A stretch of 32,000 nt of DNA, taken from positions 240,001-272,000 of the forward strand of contig NZ_CP066018.1 of NCBI RefSeq assembly GCF_016127575.1. The letters are read 5' to 3'. The DNA comes from Cupriavidus necator. GTDB taxonomy: Bacteria; Pseudomonadota; Gammaproteobacteria; Burkholderiales; Burkholderiaceae. The notes under the pieces are model-generated. The model saw only the letters and a program-made list of their open reading frames with translations, was not told where the DNA came from and did no database searches. The position numbers and the translations under genes were made by a program. This document shows positions 8,931 through 18,116 of this stretch, in pieces; the first letter of the stretch is position 1; each line of letters begins with the position of its first letter.

Positions 8931-9677
8931 ATGCAAAGCCAAGCCACCCCGAACGACAACACCCCTGCCCCGCTGCCGCCGCAACGCCGGCTGCATCCGC
9001 TCGTCGGTGCGGCAGCCGTCGCCGTGGTGATCGCCAGCCTGACCGCGGTCGCCGCCGTCACTGGCGTGCTGCCGATCGGCAAGGCCAGCCCTGACCTGCC
9101 GGCGCAGGCCGGTGCGCAGGCAGACCCGCAAGGGCCGCTGCCGGTCACGGCAGCGCCCGCCCCGGGCAGCACAACCCGGCCGCCGGTCTACAACGACGGC
9201 CAGCAGCGCCCGGCCGGCCAGGATGCCACCGGTTCGTCGCAAGCCGCGCCACGCACCGCCCCGGCACGCCAGGCCGCGCAGCGCGACAGCGAGCCGCGCG
9301 CCAGCCAGCGTGCCGACACCGAGCGCCAGGCTGCCAAGGGCAGCCCCTACGCCGGCCGTATCGTCTCGGTGACGCCGATCCAGACCCAGAAGCCCAACAC
9401 CAGCGGCCTGGGCGCGCTCGGCGGGGCCGTGGTGGGCGGGCTGCTGGGCAACCAGGTCGGCAAGGGCAATGGCCGCATCGTCGGCACCGTGGTGGGTGCC
9501 GTGGGTGGCGGCGTGGCCGGCAACCAGATCGAGAAGACCGTCAGCAAGGACACGCACTATGAAGTGCGCGTGCGCATGGATGACGGCAGCCACCGCACCT
9601 TCACCTACGAGAAAGACCCCGCCGTGCAGCCAGGCGAGCGCGTGCACCTGGAGAACGGCGCGCTGATGCGGGGCTGA
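8931..9677 (+). CDS. Glycine-zipper (Rickettsia 17-kDa-antigen-like) membrane protein with a Pro/Ala/Gln-rich linker
   Basis: The 248-aa ORF is preceded by a GGAG RBS 8 nt upstream. It has an N-terminal hydrophobic anchor (LVGAAAVAVVIASLTAVAAVTGVL, no Cys, so it is not a lipoprotein). A low-complexity linker follows, then a glycine zipper (GLGALGGAVVGGLLGNQVGKGNGRIVGTVVGAVGGGVAGNQI) and a small C-terminal beta domain. Confidence 0.85.
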   Translation: MQSQATPNDNTPAPLPPQRRLHPLVGAAAVAVVIASLTAVAAVTGVLPIGKASPDLPAQAGAQADPQGPLPVTAAPAPGSTTRPPVYNDGQQRPAGQDATGSSQAAPRTAPARQAAQRDSEPRASQRADTERQAAKGSPYAGRIVSVTPIQTQKPNTSGLGALGGAVVGGLLGNQVGKGNGRIVGTVVGAVGGGVAGNQIEKTVSKDTHYEVRVRMDDGSHRTFTYEKDPAVQPGERVHLENGALMRG

Positions 9678-9702
9678 TCCGGCTCTCGCGCAGCAGCAAA
9701 GC

Positions 9703-9729
9703 AAAAGGCCGGCAATTTGCCGGCCTTTT
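9703..9729. terminator. Bidirectional intrinsic terminator shared by the glycine-zipper gene (+) and the isc operon end (iscX, -)
   Basis: aaaaggccggcaa-t-ttgccggcctttt is a perfect palindrome, with an A-tract on one side and a T-tract on the other. Confidence 0.8.
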
Positions 9730-9753
9730 GTCGCCATCCCGATACTGCGTCGC

Positions 9754-9948
9754 TTATTCGGCTTCCTGGATCCAGGCCTGCTGGATCGCCTCCAGGATCT
9801 TCTCGCCCGAGCGCTCGGGCGCGTCGGCAAAGCCGTCGAGCTCCAGCACCCAGCGGCGCAGGTCAGTGAAGCGCACGCCCGCCGGATCGACATCCGGGAA
9901 CTTGTCATACAGCGCTTCGGCAATGGCGTAGGTATCGGTCCACTTCAT
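9754..9948 (-). CDS. iscX: Fe-S cluster assembly protein IscX (YfhJ)
   Basis: The 64-aa product MKWTDTYAIAEALYDKFPDVDP...ILEAIQQAWIQE is typical IscX. A GGAGAA RBS is present, and it is the last gene of the isc operon. Confidence 0.93.
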   Translation of the reverse strand: MKWTDTYAIAEALYDKFPDVDPAGVRFTDLRRWVLELDGFADAPERSGEKILEAIQQAWIQEAE

Positions 9949-9980
9949 GGGATTGTTCTCCGCTGAGATTTGCCGGCCGC

Positions 9981-10319
9981 TCAGTGGCCTTCCTTGGCGT
10001 GGTTGATGGTGTACTTCGGGATTTCGATGGTCAGGTCTTCATCATCGACGATGGCCTGGCACGACAGCCGCGAATTCGGCTCCAGCCCCCAGGCCTTGTC
10101 GAGCAGGTCTTCTTCCTTCTCCTCGGCCTCGTTGAGCGAATTGAAGCCCTCGCGCACGATCACGTGGCAGGTGGTGCAGGCGCACGACTTCTCGCACGCA
10201 TGCTCGATCTCGATGCCGTGCGAGAGCAGCGCGTCGCAGACGCTGACGCCCTTCTCGGCTTCGATCACCGTCCCTTCCGGGCAATATTCAACGTGGGGCA
10301 AAACAACGATCTGTGGCAT
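9981..10319 (-). CDS. fdx: ISC-system [2Fe-2S] ferredoxin
   Basis: The 112-aa product is nearly colinear with E. coli Fdx (MPQIVVLPH...GIEIEHACEKSCACTTCHVIVREGF...DKAWGLEPNSRLSCQA...PKYTINHA). Confidence 0.96.
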   Translation of the reverse strand: MPQIVVLPHVEYCPEGTVIEAEKGVSVCDALLSHGIEIEHACEKSCACTTCHVIVREGFNSLNEAEEKEEDLLDKAWGLEPNSRLSCQAIVDDEDLTIEIPKYTINHAKEGH

Positions 10320-10359
10320 GTGGTGTCCTGATGTCTGTATGTCGGTGCGGGCCCGGTGA

Positions 10360-12225
10360 TCAGCCCAGCTCCTGCACCTTGCGCCCGGCCAGCGCGCTCT
10401 TGATCGAACGGTCCATGCGGCGGGCGGCGAATTCGTCGGTACCGTGCGACAGCTTCTCCACCGCGGCGTGGATGGCGTGGTGGTCTTCGCCGGTGGCGAT
10501 CTCGCGCACCGTAGCCATCAGCGCCTCGACCGCGGTGCGCTCTTCCGCCGACAGCAGGTCGCCATCGGTTTCCAGCGCGCGCTGCGTGGCCTCGACCAGC
10601 CGGTCGGCTTCCACGCGCTCTTCGGCCAGCGCGCGGCTCTTCATGTCGTGCTCGGCCTCGCGGAAGCTTTCCTGCAGCATGCGCGCGATATCGTCGTCGG
10701 CCAGGCCGTACGACGGCTTGACCGTGACCGAGGCTTCCACACCCGAATGCGTTTCGCGCGCGGTCACCGACAGCAGGCCGTCGGCATCGACCTGGTAGGT
10801 CACGCGGATGCGCGCCGCGCCCGCCACCATCGGCGGGATGCCGCGCAGCTCGAAGCGCGCCAGCGAGCGGCAGTCGCTGGCCAGCTCGCGCTCGCCCTGC
10901 AGCACGTGGATCGCCATCGCGGTCTGGCCATCCTTGAAGGTGGTGAATTCCTGCGCGCGCGCCACCGGGATGGTGCTGTTGCGCGGGATGATCTTCTCGA
11001 CCAGGCCGCCCATGGTCTCAACGCCCAGCGACAGCGGGATCACGTCGAGCAGCAGCCAGTCTTCGCCCGGGGCATGGTTGCCGGCCAGCAGGTTGGCCTG
11101 CATCGCGGCGCCCAGCGCCACCACGCGGTCCGGGTCGAGGTTGGTCAGCGGGGTCTGGCCGAAGTAGTCGCCCACGGCCTTGCGGATCGACGGCATGCGC
11201 GTGGCGCCGCCGACCAGCACCACGCCCTTGACCTCGTCGGGCGCGACGCCCGCGTCGCGCAGCGCCTTGCGCACCGGCGCCAGGGTCTTCTGCACCAGGT
11301 GCGCGGTGACCTGGTCGAAGATCTCGACAGTCAGCGTCAGGTGGACGATCTCGCCGGACTCCAGCACGGCGTCGATCACGGTGCTGTCGCTTTCCGACAG
11401 CGCTTCCTTGGCCGCGCGCGCACGCACCATCAGCAGGCGCATGTCCTGCGCCGATAGCGGCTGCAGGCTGGCCTGCTCGACGATCCAGCACAGCAGGCGC
11501 TGGTCGAAGTCATCGCCGCCGAGGGCCGAGTCGCCGCCGGTGGCCAGCACCTCGAACACGCCCTGCGTGAGCTTGAGCACCGAGATATCGAAGGTGCCGC
11601 CGCCCAGGTCGTAAACCGCGTAGATGCCTTCCGAGGCATTGTCCAGGCCGTAGGCAATGGCCGCGGCAGTGGGCTCGTTGAGCAGGCGCAGCACTTCCAG
11701 GCCGGCCAGGCGCGCGGCGTCCTTGGTCGCCTGGCGCTGGGCCTCGTCGAAGTAGGCCGGCACCGTGATGACGGCGCCGACCAGGTCGTCGCCCAGCGTG
11801 TCTTCAGCGCGCTGGCGCAGCGTGGCCAGGATCTCGGCCGAGATCTCCACCGGGCTCTTTACGCCGGCGGCGGTCTTGATCTGCAGCATGCCCGGCGCGT
11901 CGACAAAGTCATACGGGCTGTGCTCGATATTGGCCACGTCGCGCAGGCCGCGGCCCATGAAGCGCTTGACCGAGACGATGGTGTTCTTGGGGTCGCGCAC
12001 CGCTTCTTCCTGGGCCCGGTAGCCGATATGGGCGGTACGGTCCGGCAGGTAGCGCACGACCGACGGCAGCAGCGCGCGGCCGCGCTCGTCGCCCAGCACT
12101 TCGGGAATGCTGCTGCGCACCGCGGCCACCAGCGAATTGGTGGTGCCGAGGTCGATGCCGACGGCCAGGCGGCGTTGGTGGGGCGCCGGCGACATGCCGG
12201 GTTCGGAAATCTGGAGCAGTGCCAT
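10360..12225 (-). CDS. hscA: Fe-S protein assembly chaperone HscA (Hsp70 family)
   Basis: I used the frame of track ORF 10360..12306 and chose the ATG at 12225 ([10 protein letters not shown]...[14 protein letters not shown]), the conserved HscA N-terminus. Hsp70 ATPase and substrate-binding domains are present throughout. Confidence 0.95.
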   Translation of the reverse strand: MALLQISEPGMSPAPHQRRLAVGIDLGTTNSLVAAVRSSIPEVLGDERGRALLPSVVRYLPDRTAHIGYRAQEEAVRDPKNTIVSVKRFMGRGLRDVANIEHSPYDFVDAPGMLQIKTAAGVKSPVEISAEILATLRQRAEDTLGDDLVGAVITVPAYFDEAQRQATKDAARLAGLEVLRLLNEPTAAAIAYGLDNASEGIYAVYDLGGGTFDISVLKLTQGVFEVLATGGDSALGGDDFDQRLLCWIVEQASLQPLSAQDMRLLMVRARAAKEALSESDSTVIDAVLESGEIVHLTLTVEIFDQVTAHLVQKTLAPVRKALRDAGVAPDEVKGVVLVGGATRMPSIRKAVGDYFGQTPLTNLDPDRVVALGAAMQANLLAGNHAPGEDWLLLDVIPLSLGVETMGGLVEKIIPRNSTIPVARAQEFTTFKDGQTAMAIHVLQGERELASDCRSLARFELRGIPPMVAGAARIRVTYQVDADGLLSVTARETHSGVEASVTVKPSYGLADDDIARMLQESFREAEHDMKSRALAEERVEADRLVEATQRALETDGDLLSAEERTAVEALMATVREIATGEDHHAIHAAVEKLSHGTDEFAARRMDRSIKSALAGRKVQELG

Positions 12226-12334
12226 GGTATTTCTTTGCTGTCTTGTGCGGCAGTGGAAACCGCCATGCGGGTGGCATTGGGGAGCGGTTTTCGCGCCGGG
12301 CGCCATTGTGTCACGGCCCCGGCAAACGTGCCGG

Positions 12335-12865
12335 TCAGTGTTCCAGCCGGTCGATGGCCTCGCTGGTATCGTGCTCGATCTTCTCGATAAACATCAGTTG
12401 CCGCACCGCGCCGCCAGCCGCCTCGTTGTCGCCGGAATCCAGCAACGCGCCCAGTGCTTCGTGGCGCTCACGCTTTTCCTGGCGCAGCTCGCGCAGCAGC
12501 GCATCGAGCCGGTCCACTGCGCGCTCTTCCACCGCTTCCTGCAGCGCTTCGCGCCATTCCATCTGCTGCATCAGGAAGGCCGGAGTCATGGCCGTGTTGT
12601 TCTCGGCCTGCACATCGACGCCGCGCAGCTTCAGCAGGTAGGTCGCGCGCCGCAACGGCTGGCGCAGCGTACGGTAGGCTTCATTGGCATGCGCGGCCCA
12701 TTGCATGGCCACGCGGCGCTCGGCGTCGCCCGCCTTGGCAAAGCGGTCCGGATGCGCCTGCGACTGCACGGTGCGGTACGCCGCATCCAGCGCGGCGTCA
12801 TCGACGCCGTACTGCGCCGGCAGGCCGAACAGCGCAAAAAAATCGTCTTTCAACTGCTTCCCCAA
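12335..12865 (-). CDS. hscB: Fe-S protein assembly co-chaperone HscB (J-domain)
   Basis: [35 protein letters not shown] is the HscB J-domain (HPD motif). There is no ATG. The track start at 12865 is a TTG. A second in-frame TTG at 12853 is preceded by GGGGA and would give MKDDFF..., a product of about 172 aa like E. coli HscB. The start is therefore uncertain by 12 nt. Confidence 0.9.
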   Translation of the reverse strand: MGKQLKDDFFALFGLPAQYGVDDAALDAAYRTVQSQAHPDRFAKAGDAERRVAMQWAAHANEAYRTLRQPLRRATYLLKLRGVDVQAENNTAMTPAFLMQQMEWREALQEAVEERAVDRLDALLRELRQEKRERHEALGALLDSGDNEAAGGAVRQLMFIEKIEHDTSEAIDRLEH

Positions 12866-12916
12866 GAAAAAAGAGCGGCCGCGCCGCCCCTTTGTCCATT
12901 GCCGCCACGGTGCCGC

Positions 12917-13138
12917 TCAGGCGGGCTTGCGTGCCCCCTCGGCCGGCGGTTCGTTGCGGTCGCACTTCAGGCAGTTCACCCGCATGCCGATCATGCCGGC
13001 GCGGCCCTGCTCGCTTTGCGTCCATGGCCGCGACTGCCATGGCGGGTCGTGCCGCATATGCTGGCCGTGCCCGCATTCGAGTTCGGCCACCCAGTGGCCT
13101 TCCTCGTCCCGGCGGAACCCGACGATGCTGCGCTCCAC
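12917..13138 (-). CDS. Small Cys/His-rich protein, DUF3565-like (HWVA and CGH motifs), embedded in the isc operon
   Basis: The 73-codon ORF starts with GTG (rc of cac at 13136-13138), 25 nt after the iscA stop. The product (M)ERSIVGFRRDEEGHWVAELECGHGQHMRHDPPW...VNCLKCD has strong GC3 bias consistent with real coding. The HWVA and CGH motifs are the ones I recall defining DUF3565. Confidence 0.75.
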   Translation of the reverse strand: MERSIVGFRRDEEGHWVAELECGHGQHMRHDPPWQSRPWTQSEQGRAGMIGMRVNCLKCDRNEPPAEGARKPA

Positions 13139-13163
13139 CGGGGCTTGCTTGCGCTGGCGCGCC

Positions 13164-13484
13164 TCAGACCGTGAAGGACTCGCCGCAGCCGCACTCGTCC
13201 TTGACGTTGGGGTTGTTGAAGCGGAAACCTTCGTTCAACCCTTCACGTGCGTAGTCGAGTTCGGTGCCGTCGATATACGGCAGGCTCTTGGCGTCGACGA
13301 TGACCTTGATGCCGTGCGATTCGAACACCGCGTCTTCCGGCAGCAGCTCGTCGACGTATTCCAGCTTGTAGGCCAGGCCCGAGCAGCCGGTGGTCTTCAC
13401 GCCCAGGCGCAGGCCCACGCCCTTGCCGCGGCGTTCCAGGTAGCGGGCCACATGCTTGGCCGCCTTCTCGGTCATGGTGATCAT
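13164..13484 (-). CDS. iscA: Iron-sulfur cluster assembly A-type carrier IscA
   Basis: The 106-aa product contains [22 protein letters not shown] and a C-terminal CGCGESF, which supplies the three conserved Cys. Confidence 0.95.
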   Translation of the reverse strand: MITMTEKAAKHVARYLERRGKGVGLRLGVKTTGCSGLAYKLEYVDELLPEDAVFESHGIKVIVDAKSLPYIDGTELDYAREGLNEGFRFNNPNVKDECGCGESFTV

Positions 13485-13527
13485 CGTTGCGTCTTCCTTC
13501 GTCGATGCCGTGGTCAGTGCGACAGAA

Positions 13528-13926
13528 TCAGGCAGCCTTCTGCTCGGCGCCGTGCTTCTTCTTGTAGTCTTCGACGGCGGCCTTGATCGCGTCTTCGGCC
13601 AGGATCGAGCAGTGGATCTTCACCGGCGGCAGCGCCAGTTCTTCGGCGATCTGGGTGTTCTTGATCTCCAGCGCCTGGTCCACGGTCTTGCCCTTGACCC
13701 ACTCGGTCACGAGCGAGGACGAGGCAATGGCCGAGCCGCAGCCGTAGGTCTTGAACTTGGCGTCTTCGATCACGCCCGCCTCGTTGACCTTGATCTGCAG
13801 CTTCATCACGTCGCCGCAGGCCGGCGCACCGACCATGCCGGTGCCGACCGCATCGTCGTTCTTGTCGAACGAACCGACGTTGCGGGGGTTTTCATAGTGA
13901 TCGAGAACCTTGGTGCTGTATGACAT
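13528..13926 (-). CDS. iscU: Fe-S cluster assembly scaffold IscU
   Basis: The 132-aa product contains [48 protein letters not shown] and [15 protein letters not shown]. Confidence 0.97.
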   Translation of the reverse strand: MSYSTKVLDHYENPRNVGSFDKNDDAVGTGMVGAPACGDVMKLQIKVNEAGVIEDAKFKTYGCGSAIASSSLVTEWVKGKTVDQALEIKNTQIAEELALPPVKIHCSILAEDAIKAAVEDYKKKHGAEQKAA

Positions 13927-13992
13927 TTTGCTTACCTCTTGCGTATCTTTGCGGGGGTATTGCGTTTTGTTCTGATGATCTGTGCGGGCGCG

Positions 13993-15210
13993 TCAGTGCG
14001 CGGCCCACTGGATCGAATTCAAATCGACGCCGTCCTTGAACATTTCCCACAGCGGCGACAGGTCGCGCAGCTTGCCGATCTTGCTCTTGAGCAGTTCGAT
14101 GGTGTAGTCGATCTCCTGCTCGGTGGTGAAGCGGCCCACCGTGAAGCGGATCGAGCTGTGCGCCAGTTCGTCGTTGCGGCCCAGGGCGCGCAGCACATAC
14201 GACGGCTCCAGCGAGGCCGAGGTGCAGGCCGAACCCGACGACACCGCCACGTCCTTGATCGCCATGATCAGCGACTCGCCTTCGACGAAGTTGAAGCTGA
14301 CATTCAGGTTGTGCGGCACGCGCTGTTCCAGGTCGCCGTTCAGGTAGACCTCTTCCATGTCCGACAGGCCGTTCCACAGGCGGTCGCGCAGCATGCGGAT
14401 GCGTTCGTTCTCGGTCGCCATCTCTTCGCGGGCGATGCGGAAGGCTTCGCCCATGCCGACGATCTGGTGCGTGGCCAGCGTGCCCGAGCGCATGCCGCGC
14501 TCATGGCCGCCGCCGTGCATCTGCGCCTCGATGCGCACGCGCGGCTTGCGGCGCACGTACAGCGCGCCGATGCCCTTGGGGCCGTAGGTCTTGTGGGCCG
14601 AGAACGACATCAGGTCGCACTTCAGCTTGCCCAGGTCGATCGCCACCTTGCCGGTTGCCTGCGCGGCGTCGCAATGGAAGATGATGCCCTTCTCGCGGCA
14701 GATCTCGCCGATCTGCGCGACGTCCTGGATCACGCCGATCTCGTTGTTGACCAGCATCACCGACACCAGGATGGTGTCCGGGCGCAGCGCCTGCTTGAAC
14801 ACTTCCATGTCAAGCAGGCCGTTTTCCTTCACGTCCAGGTAGGTCACTTCAAAGCCCTGGCGCTCCAGCTCGCGCGTGGTGTCGAGCACGGCCTTGTGCT
14901 CGGTCTTCAGGGTGATGATGTGCTTGCCCTTGCCCGAATAGAAGTTCGCGGCGCCCTTGATCGCCAGGTTGTTCGATTCGGTCGCACCCGAGGTCCACAC
15001 GATCTCGCGCGGGTCGGCGCCGACCAGTGCGGCCACCTGCTCACGTGCTTCTTCCACCGCGCGCTCCGCTTCCCAGCCGTACGCGTGGCTGCGCGAGGCG
15101 GGGTTGCCGAACTGCTCGCGCAGGTACGGAATCATCTTGTCCGCCACGCGCGGGTCCACCGGCGTGGTGGCCGAGTAATCCATGTAGATGGGGAAATGTG
15201 GGGTGCTCAT
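13993..15210 (-). CDS. iscS: Cysteine desulfurase IscS (PLP-dependent)
   Basis: The 405-aa product contains [15 protein letters not shown], the PLP lysine context [12 protein letters not shown], and the active-site loop [21 protein letters not shown]. Confidence 0.97.
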   Translation of the reverse strand: MSTPHFPIYMDYSATTPVDPRVADKMIPYLREQFGNPASRSHAYGWEAERAVEEAREQVAALVGADPREIVWTSGATESNNLAIKGAANFYSGKGKHIITLKTEHKAVLDTTRELERQGFEVTYLDVKENGLLDMEVFKQALRPDTILVSVMLVNNEIGVIQDVAQIGEICREKGIIFHCDAAQATGKVAIDLGKLKCDLMSFSAHKTYGPKGIGALYVRRKPRVRIEAQMHGGGHERGMRSGTLATHQIVGMGEAFRIAREEMATENERIRMLRDRLWNGLSDMEEVYLNGDLEQRVPHNLNVSFNFVEGESLIMAIKDVAVSSGSACTSASLEPSYVLRALGRNDELAHSSIRFTVGRFTTEQEIDYTIELLKSKIGKLRDLSPLWEMFKDGVDLNSIQWAAH

Positions 15211-15271
15211 CGTTATGACTGCCTTGTTAGGGACCGCTGATCGCTGTTTTGCTGTCGTTGCCTGGGCGCGC

Positions 15272-15826
15272 TCAGGACTGCGCCAGGCTGAAAACTGAAT
15301 TCACCATTCTGGCCCGGACCGGCTTTTCCTGCTTGTCGGCCTTGCCGCGCGCAGCGGCCGCGACCGGCTGCGCGGCGTCCTCGCGCATGTCGTGCAGCAC
15401 GGCCGGCTGGCGCTCGCGCTGCTGGTCCACCAGGTTCTTGAGGGAAACGGAGTCGAGGTACTCGACCATCTTCTGGTTCAGCGTGGCCCACAGTTCATGG
15501 GTCATGCAGCGCCCGGAGCCGTCATCTCCGTTACAATTGCCCTTGCCGCCGCACTGGGTGGCATCCAGGGGCTCGTCCACGGCGATGATGATGTCCGCCA
15601 CGGTGACGTCTTCGGCCTTGCGCGCCAGACTGTAGCCGCCGCCCGGGCCGCGCACGCTTTCGACGATCTCGTGCCGGCGCAGCTTGCCAAACAACTGCTC
15701 CAGGTAGGACAGCGAGATCTTTTGCCGCTGGCTGATGCCGGCGAGCGTGACCGGTCCCTGGTCCTGGCGCATGGCCAGGTCGATCATCGCAGTGACCGCG
15801 AAGCGGCCTTTGGTGGTCAGTCTCAT
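15272..15826 (-). CDS. iscR: Rrf2-family Fe-S-sensing transcriptional regulator IscR
   Basis: [18 protein letters not shown]...[24 protein letters not shown] is the wHTH. The cluster-ligand region is [22 protein letters not shown] (3 Cys plus His). It is the first gene of the isc operon. Confidence 0.95.
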   Translation of the reverse strand: MRLTTKGRFAVTAMIDLAMRQDQGPVTLAGISQRQKISLSYLEQLFGKLRRHEIVESVRGPGGGYSLARKAEDVTVADIIIAVDEPLDATQCGGKGNCNGDDGSGRCMTHELWATLNQKMVEYLDSVSLKNLVDQQRERQPAVLHDMREDAAQPVAAAARGKADKQEKPVRARMVNSVFSLAQS

Positions 15827-15852
15827 GGTGCAGGGCTCTGGGGGTGAAGCTA

Positions 15853-15906
15853 ATACTTGATCGTTTCCGTCAAGTATAAAGGTACCCGACTAATTCAGTC
15901 AACTAC
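15853..15906 (-). promoter_or_regulatory. isc promoter region with two IscR type-1 boxes overlapping a sigma70-like promoter (-35 TTGACT, -10 TATACT on the minus strand)
   Basis: The box at 15882-15906, gTACCCGACTAATTCAGTCAACTAc, matches the type-1 consensus ATASYYGACTRwwwYAGTCRRSTAT at 23/25 positions. The box at 15853-15877, ATACTTGAtcgtttccGTCAAGTAT, matches both consensus arms. On the minus strand, TTGACT (15897-15902) and TATACT (15873-15878) are separated by 18 nt, about 45 nt upstream of the iscR ATG. Confidence 0.75.
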
Positions 15907-15932
15907 CCCTGCCGCAGCGCACCACGCCCCGA

Positions 15933-18029
15933 TCACGCTTCGCGCCCGCCCGCGGCCGTCTCCGGGCCTGCCGCGCGCGGCGGAATCACCAGCGACAACG
16001 GGTGCTTCAGGATGCGCCGCCGCACGGCCGCGCTCAGTTCGGCGCGGTCCACGCGCCGCAGGTTGCGTGACCGCAGCGCCATATTGAACGCCAGCGCGAA
16101 GCTCACCGCCACGTTCAGCATCCCCATCAGCGCAATGCCCGCCACCGCCAGCCACAGCGACGGCATGCGCAGTGCATCCAGCCCCAGCACGCCGATGGCG
16201 GCGCCGACCGAGCCCGTCGACAGCGTCACATGGCGCACTTCCATATGGGGCCCGAAGAAGCTCAGGATTTCCGGCCCCAGCCCCAGCAGCAGGCCCAGCG
16301 ACACGTTGGCGGCTATGCCCGACAGGTTGCGCTTCCAGAAATCCGCCAGACGGGTGGCGCCGCGCGCACCCAGCACGTACTGGAGGCGCCGGTTGTAGGC
16401 CATCACGTCGTGCACGCGATGCAGCGCGAACCAGTTGTCGGCCCAGCCGGCAATCAGGCTGGACAGCCACAGCAGCACGCCGGTGAAGGCGGCATAGAGC
16501 GGCGTCGGGCCCAGGATCGAGAACGACTCGATGGTGGCAATCGCCTTGGCCGGCGTGATCAGGTTGGCGCCGAGCAGTTTGTGCGCCAGCCACTGGATCC
16601 CCAGCGCCACCGGGAACACCACCGCCAGGTTGCCGACGATCGCCGCCGCGTTGGAGCGGATCATGGCAATGGTGTCGTCGACGAATATCTCGCGCCCTTC
16701 CGGCCGCCCTGCCCCGTCCAGCCGGTGCGCCAGCGCCGGCCCGGTCATGGCCGGCTGCTTGGTCGCCAGCGTGAAGTGCGCAAAGTGGATGGCCAGGAAG
16801 CTGCCGGCGTAGTTGAGCGAGGCCAGCAACCCTTCACTGAACTTGTCCAGGTGCAGGCCGTAGATCAGGAACTTCAGGTACACGGTGGCGACCGAGACCA
16901 GGCCGCCGCCGGCCGCGGCGCGCACCAGCTCGGCGTATTCCTTGCGGTCGCGCGTGATGTAGTGCTCGCCGGTCTCGGCCGAGCGCTCCACCACCTTGCG
17001 CGCCAGCTGCGCGAACGAGGTGCCGGCCAGGTGCGAGATGCTGCGCCGGGCCTGGGTCGATCGGATCAGCTCCGCCACCAGGTGCGCATGCATGCCGGGC
17101 CGGCGGGGCTCGACCCAGGCCGCCAGCAGCAGCTCGATGCGGCTGAGCTGCACCTTCATGCGCTCGATCTGGAACACCACCTCGACCGACACGCCGTTTT
17201 CCTCCAGGTCCTCATACACCTGGCGGATCGCGGCATGGCAGCCGTCCAGCAGCGCGCGGAAGTAGTTCAGGCGGTGGCCAAAGCTGTTGTCGTCATGGCG
17301 CAGGCCCTCTTCACGCAAGGCCTGGATGGCCTCGTCCAGGCGGAAGAACGGTGTCTCTTCCACCCGCCCGGCCAGGCGCGAACGGATCGCCTGACTCAGG
17401 CCGGTGGCGCGCACCTGGCTGACCAGCACCGCGATGCTGGTGGCCAGCGTCTGGCCCAGCGCATCGCGATAGTGCGCCATGCCCGCCGCTTCGCCCCCGG
17501 CGCTGCCGGCCTGCAGCACGCGCGCCAGCCGCGCCAGCAGCCCATCGTCGATGGCCTCGACCCACTCCGCGTCCTCATCCCCGACGAACACCAGCGCAAA
17601 CAGCCCCGCCATGTCGCTGCGGTTGGGCGGCGGCGGCAGGAAGCGGTTCTGCAGCCGGCCCACCATCTCGCTGACGAAGCCCGGGTGCAGGGCCACGCCG
17701 GTATCGCAGAACAGTCCGGTGGGGTCGTTCTCGCGCACCAGGCTGCGCACCGTCAGGGCGAAACGCCCGGCCCAGTCGGGATGCCGCTCCAGCACCTGCA
17801 GCAGGTAGCGCAGCCGCACATGCTCGGGGTGGCGGCGGTCCGTGCCAGGTTCCTGGCTGTCAGTATCGGCGCCCAGCCCGCCATCGCGGCGGATCCAGAA
17901 GCCCAACTCGATCAGCCAGCCGTTGCGCTCGGCCAGCGGCGCCTCAGGATCGGCAGCGGCCAGGATGGCGTCGAGCTGCAGGCTTGCATTGCGCGATTCG
18001 CGCCATTTGCGGAACAGTTTGCGAAGCAT
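15933..18029 (-). CDS. Large multi-pass membrane protein of the family historically annotated 'site-specific recombinase' (PF10136-like, from memory); true function unknown
   Basis: The 698-aa ORF has good GC3 bias. The N-terminal ~370 aa are a soluble helical region (MLRKLFRKWRESRN...). The C-terminal ~320 aa contain about 6-7 hydrophobic helices (e.g. LVSVATVYLKFLIYGL, AAAIVGNLAVVFPVALGIQWLA, LYAAFTGVLLWLSSLIAGW, LWLAVAGIALMGMLNVAVSFALAF). No Tyr- or Ser-recombinase motifs are visible. Confidence 0.85.
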   Translation of the reverse strand: MLRKLFRKWRESRNASLQLDAILAAADPEAPLAERNGWLIELGFWIRRDGGLGADTDSQEPGTDRRHPEHVRLRYLLQVLERHPDWAGRFALTVRSLVRENDPTGLFCDTGVALHPGFVSEMVGRLQNRFLPPPPNRSDMAGLFALVFVGDEDAEWVEAIDDGLLARLARVLQAGSAGGEAAGMAHYRDALGQTLATSIAVLVSQVRATGLSQAIRSRLAGRVEETPFFRLDEAIQALREEGLRHDDNSFGHRLNYFRALLDGCHAAIRQVYEDLEENGVSVEVVFQIERMKVQLSRIELLLAAWVEPRRPGMHAHLVAELIRSTQARRSISHLAGTSFAQLARKVVERSAETGEHYITRDRKEYAELVRAAAGGGLVSVATVYLKFLIYGLHLDKFSEGLLASLNYAGSFLAIHFAHFTLATKQPAMTGPALAHRLDGAGRPEGREIFVDDTIAMIRSNAAAIVGNLAVVFPVALGIQWLAHKLLGANLITPAKAIATIESFSILGPTPLYAAFTGVLLWLSSLIAGWADNWFALHRVHDVMAYNRRLQYVLGARGATRLADFWKRNLSGIAANVSLGLLLGLGPEILSFFGPHMEVRHVTLSTGSVGAAIGVLGLDALRMPSLWLAVAGIALMGMLNVAVSFALAFNMALRSRNLRRVDRAELSAAVRRRILKHPLSLVIPPRAAGPETAAGGREA

Positions 18030-18116
18030 GGATTCTCGTGGGATCGGTCCGCCGGGCGCGGCGCCGGAGGCGTCGCGGCGCGGGCCGCAGAAAGGACGAT
18101 GGAGCGGGCGCCGGGA

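Noticed and set aside
8748-9923. A 391-aa minus-strand ORF spanning the lysS-iscX interval
   Set aside because: It crosses two intrinsic terminators and an AT-rich promoter island, and it is antisense to the glycine-zipper gene. Its composition is implausible.
10444-15240. Several long plus-strand ORFs across the isc operon (10444..11457, 12107..13174, 12454..13254, 12684..13586, 13939..15240)
   Set aside because: All are antisense or out of frame relative to the unmistakable hscA, hscB, iscA, iscU and iscS genes, and their products are compositionally aberrant.
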